Source of the DNA: a bacterium
Lineage (GTDB): Bacteria > Oederibacteriota > PGYV01
DNA: 64,000 nt
Direction of reading: 5' to 3'
Assembly: GCA_029565735.1 (NCBI GenBank)
Contig: JAKQNO010000057.1
Coordinates: 5,481-69,480, forward strand
A program made the position numbers and the translations under genes. Under the pieces are notes generated by a model, which worked only from the letters and a program-made list of their open reading frames with translations, made no database searches and was not told where the DNA came from. Shown here one piece after another: positions 58,254-64,000 of the stretch (positions within the stretch are counted from its first letter, which is position 1; each line of letters starts with the position of its first letter).

Positions 58254-61037
58254 TTATTTCTTTTTTGCTGTCTTTTTTGCGGCAGCTTTCTTTGCCGGAA
58301 AATTGATTCCCGCCTGAGCGGCTGCAAGCCTTGCGATTGGAACCCTGTAAGGCGAGCATGATACATAGCTTAATCCGATTCTGTGGCAGAATTCAACAGA
58401 TGCCGGATCTCCGCCGTGTTCGCCGCAGATTCCAAGCTTAATGCCGGGCCTTACCGATTTTCCCTTGTTAACCGCGTCAATCATAAGAAGGCCTACGCCG
58501 TCCTGATCAAGCGTCTGGAAGGGGTCCTTTTCAAAGATAAACTTGTCAATATACGCTTTGGTGAACTTGCCCGCGTCGTCACGGCTGAATCCAAGCGCTG
58601 TCTGGGTAAGGTCGTTGGTTCCGAAAGAGAAGAATTCCGCTTCTTCAGCGATCTTATCTGCTGTAACGGCAGCCCTTGGAACTTCAATCATTGTTCCGAC
58701 CATATACTGCATCTTAACGCCTTTTTCTTTTATTACCTTCTGCGCCATTTTGTCAATGATCGCCTTCTGGTCCTTGAATTCCTTTACGTTTCCGACAAGC
58801 GGAACCATAACTTCAGGAACAACCTTTTTGCCTGCTTTGATAATTTCCGCCGCAGCTTCAAATATGGCTGTTGCCTGCATTTCTGTTATTTCAGGGTATG
58901 TGATTCCAAGACGGCATCCCCTGTGCCCAAGCATCGGGTTGAATTCATGAAGTTCTTCAACGCGCGCAAGCAGAATTTTTGCCTTTTCAAGTTCTGTTCC
59001 GTTTGTTTTTATCAGTTCAAGAGCCTTCTTTAACCCTTCCGTCTCTATGGTGTTTTTGCCTGAAGCTTCAGCTTTGGCTATATCAACCATTAACTCTTCC
59101 CTTTTGGGAAGGAATTCGTGAAGAGGCGGGTCAAGAAGCCTTACTGTGACTCCAAAGCCTTCCATTGATTCAAAAAGGCCCTTAAAGTCGCTGCGCTGCA
59201 TGGGAAGAAGCTTTTCAAGGGCTTTCCTGCGTCCGGCTTCATCAGTTGCCAGAATCATTGCCCGCATGTGAGGCAGCCTGTCAGCGTCAAAGAACATGTG
59301 TTCCGTACGGCAGAGGCCGATACCTTCGGCTCCGAAATCCCTTGCCACTTTGCCGTCTCTTGGAACGTCGGCATTGGCGCGCACGGTTAACGTCCTGTAG
59401 CTGTCCGCCCATTTCATAAATGTCCCGAATTCGCCTTCAAGTTTGGGTTCAACTGTAGGCACTTTTCCTTTGATTACTTTTCCCGTGGAACCGTCAATTG
59501 ATATCCATTCGCCTTCTTTAATAACAAGGCCGGACTTTGTTGTCATTGTCTTGTTATGCTCGTCAACCTTGATGTCTTCGCATCCCGCAACGCAGCATTT
59601 GCCCATGGAACGCGCAACAACAGCAGCGTGCGATGTCATACCGCCGCGCGCCGTAAGAATTCCGTTGGCGGCATCCATTCCGTGGATATCGTCAGGGCAT
59701 GTTTCCTGCCTTACAAGTATTGTGTGTTCGCCCTTTTCGTCCCATTCAACAGCGTCGTTGGCCGTGAATACAGCTTTACCTGTGGCAGCGCCCGGTGAAG
59801 CCGGAAGCCCTTTTGCTATAACCTGAAGCTCTGCTTTGGGGTCAAATACCGGGTGTAAAAGCTGGTCAAGAGTGGCCGGAGCAACCCTTAATACCGCTTC
59901 TTCTTTTGTAATAAGTTTTTCACTTACCATTTCGACCGCTATTCTTACAGCCGCTTTAGCCGTCCTTTTTCCGGAACGTGTCTGAAGCATGAACAGCCTG
60001 CCTTTTTCTATTGTGAATTCAAAATCCTGAATGTCCCTGTAATGCTTTTCAAGCTTTGAAGTAATCTGCCTTAACTGTTTGTAAACTTCAGGCATATCTT
60101 TTTCAAGCGACGCAATAGGCTGCGGCGTCCTTACGCCGGCAACAACGTCTTCGCCCTGCGCGTTTATCAGGTATTCGCCGTAGAATACGTTTTCACCTGT
60201 GGCGGGGTTTCTTGTGAAGCCAACGCCTGTTCCCGAATCATTTCCCATATTTCCGAATACCATGGACTGTACGTTAACCGCTGTTCCAAGGTCGTGGGGA
60301 ATGTCGTTCTGCTTTCTGTAATATATGGCCCTGTCATTCATCCAGGAATTAAAAACAGCGTTTCTTGCAAGCTTAAGCTGCTGAAGCGGTTCCTGGGGGA
60401 AATCCATCCCTTTTTCTTTCTTGAAAAGTTCCTTGAACTTTTCGCATATTTCCCTTAAATCTTTCGCGTCAAGTTCGGTGTCAAGCTTTACGCCTTTTTT
60501 ATGTTTGGCTTCTTCAAATAAGTGTTCAAATTTGTTTTTGGGAACATCCATGGCAACGTCAGAAAACATCATTATGAACCTTCTGTAGCTGTCATAGGCA
60601 AACCTTTCATTTTTGGTCTGCTTGATAAGGGATAATACCGTGCTGTCATTTAATCCAAGGTTTAAAATCGTGTCCATCATTCCAGGCATAGAAAATTTGG
60701 CGCCGGAGCGGACTGAAACAAGAAGAGGGTTTTCCCCGCCGAACTTCTTTCCTGTTGCTTTTTCAAGTTTGTCAACATAAACAAGCATTTCTTTATCAAC
60801 AGCTTCAGGCACTTTTTTGCCCACTTCATAATAGAGGTTGCAGACCTCTGTTGTGATTGTGAATCCGGGAGGCACCGGAACGCCCGCCTTTGTCATTTCC
60901 GCAAGGCCGGCTCCTTTTCCTCCAAGTAACGCCTTCATGTGCCCTTCGCCGTCAGCTTTTCCATTGCCAAAAAAATAAACATACTTTTTGGCTTTGCCGG
61001 CCGGCTTTTTTGCTGCAGATTTCTTCGCTTTGGCCAT
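58254..61037 (-). CDS. ppdK: Pyruvate, phosphate dikinase
   Basis: LLGGKGA, SVRSGA, SMPGMMDT, GGMTSHAAVVAR, GLCRTEHMF and SFGTNDLTQ. Confidence 0.97.
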   Translation of the reverse strand: MAKAKKSAAKKPAGKAKKYVYFFGNGKADGEGHMKALLGGKGAGLAEMTKAGVPVPPGFTITTEVCNLYYEVGKKVPEAVDKEMLVYVDKLEKATGKKFGGENPLLVSVRSGAKFSMPGMMDTILNLGLNDSTVLSLIKQTKNERFAYDSYRRFIMMFSDVAMDVPKNKFEHLFEEAKHKKGVKLDTELDAKDLREICEKFKELFKKEKGMDFPQEPLQQLKLARNAVFNSWMNDRAIYYRKQNDIPHDLGTAVNVQSMVFGNMGNDSGTGVGFTRNPATGENVFYGEYLINAQGEDVVAGVRTPQPIASLEKDMPEVYKQLRQITSKLEKHYRDIQDFEFTIEKGRLFMLQTRSGKRTAKAAVRIAVEMVSEKLITKEEAVLRVAPATLDQLLHPVFDPKAELQVIAKGLPASPGAATGKAVFTANDAVEWDEKGEHTILVRQETCPDDIHGMDAANGILTARGGMTSHAAVVARSMGKCCVAGCEDIKVDEHNKTMTTKSGLVIKEGEWISIDGSTGKVIKGKVPTVEPKLEGEFGTFMKWADSYRTLTVRANADVPRDGKVARDFGAEGIGLCRTEHMFFDADRLPHMRAMILATDEAGRRKALEKLLPMQRSDFKGLFESMEGFGVTVRLLDPPLHEFLPKREELMVDIAKAEASGKNTIETEGLKKALELIKTNGTELEKAKILLARVEELHEFNPMLGHRGCRLGITYPEITEMQATAIFEAAAEIIKAGKKVVPEVMVPLVGNVKEFKDQKAIIDKMAQKVIKEKGVKMQYMVGTMIEVPRAAVTADKIAEEAEFFSFGTNDLTQTALGFSRDDAGKFTKAYIDKFIFEKDPFQTLDQDGVGLLMIDAVNKGKSVRPGIKLGICGEHGGDPASVEFCHRIGLSYVSCSPYRVPIARLAAAQAGINFPAKKAAAKKTAKKK

Positions 61038-61198
61038 TTCTACTTCCTCCTTTTGATTTCCTGAAACGCTTATAAAAGCTTAATCAGGTAATATAATTGT
61101 GAAATACAAAACATTGATATACTATCATAAAGGGATTATTGTTTCAATACTTTTAGAATGTATTTTTATCTGTTTTTACGTTATAAAACAATGCTTTT

Positions 61199-62086
61199 TT
61201 AAGATGTACCGCCTTCGGACATTTGCGCGTCAATGCAGATATTTACGGTTGTTTTAACGCTTCCGCTTAAGCATCCGTTTATGATTTCAACGGCTTTTGC
61301 CCCCATTGTTTCTATGGGCTGTTTAACCGTAGTCAAAGCCGGAACTACGGCCCTCGCTGCTTCTATGCCGTCGTAACCCACAATGGCAATATCATTTGGA
61401 ATTTTAATTCCTTCAGCTTTTGCTTCCATCATAAAACCAATCGCCACCAGGTCGCCGGCAACACAGAATATGGAATCCACATTGTTCAGGCTGCCTTCAA
61501 ACGCTTCAAAAGCATCCCTGCCGTTTTCTATATTATGCCTGTCAACGGTAACACAAGCGTCTTTTACAGGTTTAAGCCCGCTTTCCCCTAACGTTTTTAA
61601 AAATCCCTGATAACGCTCAAAAGACGCCGAATGCTTATCCCCTGCCTGAACATCAAGAATAAAACCCGTTTTCTTATACCCTTTTTTAATCAGGTGCTCT
61701 GCCGCCATTAATCCGCCCTTAAAATTATCAACTTTTACCGAATGAAAACCTTTTACATTCCTTTCAATGAATACGGCCGGAAGCCCGCTGCGAAGCAGTT
61801 TATTTGATGTAATGCTGTCGGGAATGAATCCAAGGCAGATAATACCGCCGGCATCTCCCTGTTTTATAACATCAATTATTTCCGCACAGCACGCTTCCGC
61901 GGAAGAATCCCTGGGCGTGTGGTATAAAACTGATTTTTTGGCGGCGCCAAGATAAGCGGCATGGTCTTCAATCCCTTTTGCTACAGTGGAATTAAATACG
62001 GAACCCGGCCTTCCGCTTATTACCGCGATAGAGGAAAAAGCCGCCCCTGATTTGGGTTTAACGCCTGTCTTTAATTTTTTATCCAT
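61199..62086 (-). CDS. LacI-family effector/substrate-binding domain protein without HTH
   Basis: VDNFKGG, IFCVAGDLVAIG, IAIVGYDGI and LTTVKQP; start set at MDKKLK. Confidence 0.8.
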   Translation of the reverse strand: MDKKLKTGVKPKSGAAFSSIAVISGRPGSVFNSTVAKGIEDHAAYLGAAKKSVLYHTPRDSSAEACCAEIIDVIKQGDAGGIICLGFIPDSITSNKLLRSGLPAVFIERNVKGFHSVKVDNFKGGLMAAEHLIKKGYKKTGFILDVQAGDKHSASFERYQGFLKTLGESGLKPVKDACVTVDRHNIENGRDAFEAFEGSLNNVDSIFCVAGDLVAIGFMMEAKAEGIKIPNDIAIVGYDGIEAARAVVPALTTVKQPIETMGAKAVEIINGCLSGSVKTTVNICIDAQMSEGGTS

Positions 62087-62152
62087 AACCCCTCTGTGTT
62101 TTATTAGCTCAATATACAGAATACCTGATAATAACACAAGACATATAAGTTA

Positions 62153-64000
62153 TTAATCCGGGATTTTACACAGCTGCGGCTCCTGAGGTATTGAAAAATA
62201 AAAAGACGATCCTTTATCGGGTTCCGATTCCACCCAGATTCTTCCCCCGTAATACTCTGTTATCTTTTTACATATTGAAAGCCCCACGCCTGTCCCTTCG
62301 TATTCATCTTTTGAATGCAGCCTCTCAAAAGGAACAAATATTTTATTAAAATATACCGAAGATATACCTATGCCGTTATCTTTTACGCAAAAGATCCATT
62401 CATTGCCCTTAAGCTCGGCGGTTATTGCTATTTCAGGACTTTGCCCCTGTTTTACAAATTTAAGCGCGTTTGAAAGCAGATTCTGAAAAACCTGAAAAAT
62501 CTGTGATTTATCACATTTCAAAACAGGCAATTCACCAATATTTATTGCCGCATTTGTGTTTTTTACTTTTAATTGAATTGCCGCAACAACATCTTTAAGA
62601 AGTTCATTTAAATTCACTTCGGCCATTTCCTGTCTGTTTTTCCCGATTCGCGAGAATACAAGCAGGTCTTTAATAAGCAGGCTCATCCTTGTGGCTCCGG
62701 AAACCATATATCCGATATAGTCGTCCGCATCACTGTCAAGTCTGCCTTTATATTTTTTTGCAAGCAGTTGGGCGTAATTTGAGACCATCCTGAGCGGTTC
62801 CTGCATGTCATGTGAAGCCACATAAGTAAACCTTTCAAGTTCCGCATTTGTCCTTTCAAGGTAATCAACCGCTTTTTTGAGTTTTTCGGAAGTACTTATT
62901 ATTTTTTCTTCCATAGCCTTACGCTCCGTGATATCCCTTGTAGCGGCCAGCATATATTTTTCCCCGTTTAAAAGTATTATTTTTGCGGACATCAGACCTG
63001 TCCTGATTGTTCCGTCCTTAACAACGAAATTCGCTTCAAAATTCTCCACAAATCCGTTTTCTTTCAGTTTTTTTAAAAGTTTAATTCTGTGATTTTCGGA
63101 AGCCCAAATACTCTTTTCAAAGTTTTCAATTCTCATAACTTCATCCCTGGAATAACCTGTTAATTTTGTAAAACCTTCATTTATTTCCACATATTTCCCG
63201 TCGCTTGCCCTGTTCAGATTCATAGCATCAGGGCTTGTGTTAAAAGCAACCCTGAATTTTTCCTCGCTTACCAAAAGCTTTATTTCTGTTTCTTTCCTGT
63301 CAGAAATATCTTTAATTATTGTAAAAACTTTTGGCTCGCCGCCCAGATTAATCAGTATTGACGAATACAAACACGTAATGACGGAGCCGTCTTTTTTTAT
63401 GAATTTCATCTCCCTGTTTTTTACAATTTTGTATTTTTTAAGGGCGGCAACCACTTCTTCCCTTTCTTTTTCGCTGTGCCATAAATTAAGGCTTCTTGTA
63501 GTTCTGGCTGTTACTTCTTCCCTCAAATAACCGCTGGTGCGGACAAAACCTTCATTCACATCAAAAATCAGCCCGTCAGAAACATTTACGAATATCATAG
63601 CATCGGGATTTAAATCAAAAGAAGCCCTGAACATTTCTTCTGACCGCCTGCGTTCAATGGCAAGCGCTATAATGTTTGCGGCATCAGTTATGACATCTTT
63701 TACATTTTGCGTGTACATCTCAACTTTAGAATCAAAAAAACGCATTGTTATAAAACCGAAAATTCTTCCGTTTACTTTTACAGGGGTTGAAAGCGAAGGC
63801 GCGTCACCGATAGCGGCCGCCATTAAATCAATAAAAGGTTTTAAAAAGCCCATTTTAGGACCGCTTATAGCCTCCATCATATCTTCAAGGGTTATCGTAC
63901 GCTGTATATCAACGTCCAACTTTTCTATTAAATCAAGCGGAACAGAAAAGTTTGACGCAGCCGCTTTTACTTTGTTATGTTTCCATTCTATGTCGGCATA
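62153..64000 (-). CDS. GAF/PAS-PAS sensor histidine kinase; N-terminus lies beyond the right edge
   Basis: Frame stays open to position 64000; H-box YVASHDMQEPLR, NLLSNALKF, DNGIG and GTGVGL. Confidence 0.9.
   Translation of the reverse strand, partial: YADIEWKHNKVKAAASNFSVPLDLIEKLDVDIQRTITLEDMMEAISGPKMGFLKPFIDLMAAAIGDAPSLSTPVKVNGRIFGFITMRFFDSKVEMYTQNVKDVITDAANIIALAIERRRSEEMFRASFDLNPDAMIFVNVSDGLIFDVNEGFVRTSGYLREEVTARTTRSLNLWHSEKEREEVVAALKKYKIVKNREMKFIKKDGSVITCLYSSILINLGGEPKVFTIIKDISDRKETEIKLLVSEEKFRVAFNTSPDAMNLNRASDGKYVEINEGFTKLTGYSRDEVMRIENFEKSIWASENHRIKLLKKLKENGFVENFEANFVVKDGTIRTGLMSAKIILLNGEKYMLAATRDITERKAMEEKIISTSEKLKKAVDYLERTNAELERFTYVASHDMQEPLRMVSNYAQLLAKKYKGRLDSDADDYIGYMVSGATRMSLLIKDLLVFSRIGKNRQEMAEVNLNELLKDVVAAIQLKVKNTNAAINIGELPVLKCDKSQIFQVFQNLLSNALKFVKQGQSPEIAITAELKGNEWIFCVKDNGIGISSVYFNKIFVPFERLHSKDEYEGTGVGLSICKKITEYYGGRIWVESEPDKGSSFYFSIPQEPQLCKIPD

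Noticed and set aside
61097-61114. Rex box upstream of ppdK
   Set aside because: Only the TTGTGAA half-site matches.

Overview
This is a gene-dense chromosomal window (mostly minus strand) from an anaerobic, probably diderm bacterium: two secreted proteins look like outer-membrane beta-barrels, and there is a 2915-aa cyclic beta-1,2-glucan synthase-like protein. Core content: a tetrameric Hnd/HydABC-type [FeFe]-hydrogenase operon (cut by the left edge) with Rex-like boxes, nfnAB, gdhA next to a GAF-ANTAR regulator, GT4 glycosyltransferases, recO, lemA, GH57, HU, coaD, folD, tRNA-Val(CAC), tRNA-Gln(CTG), comM/yifB, a MATE pump, hydG, a P-type ATPase, a methyltransferase/PP2C/kinase/STAS/diguanylate-cyclase operon, ppdK and a PAS histidine kinase (cut by the right edge). 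No CRISPR array, integrase, transposase or reverse transcriptase was recognised. The most unusual signals are non-coding. (1) A diverged duplicate of the comM 3' end, with each copy directly followed by a different four-helix-bundle (Avd/IVP-like) gene. (2) Short-period (7, 8, 9 bp) repeat arrays: the 7- and 9-mers flank or sit inside those genes and recur as gene-less arrays elsewhere, and one looks like an 'empty site'. (3) Three ANTAR-type AxxGxx hairpins in the gdhA leader. (4) A candidate attenuator of unknown class ahead of the hydG operon. (5) An unassigned rod-like RNA at about 47.4 kb. All protein calls come from motif recognition by eye, not database searches.
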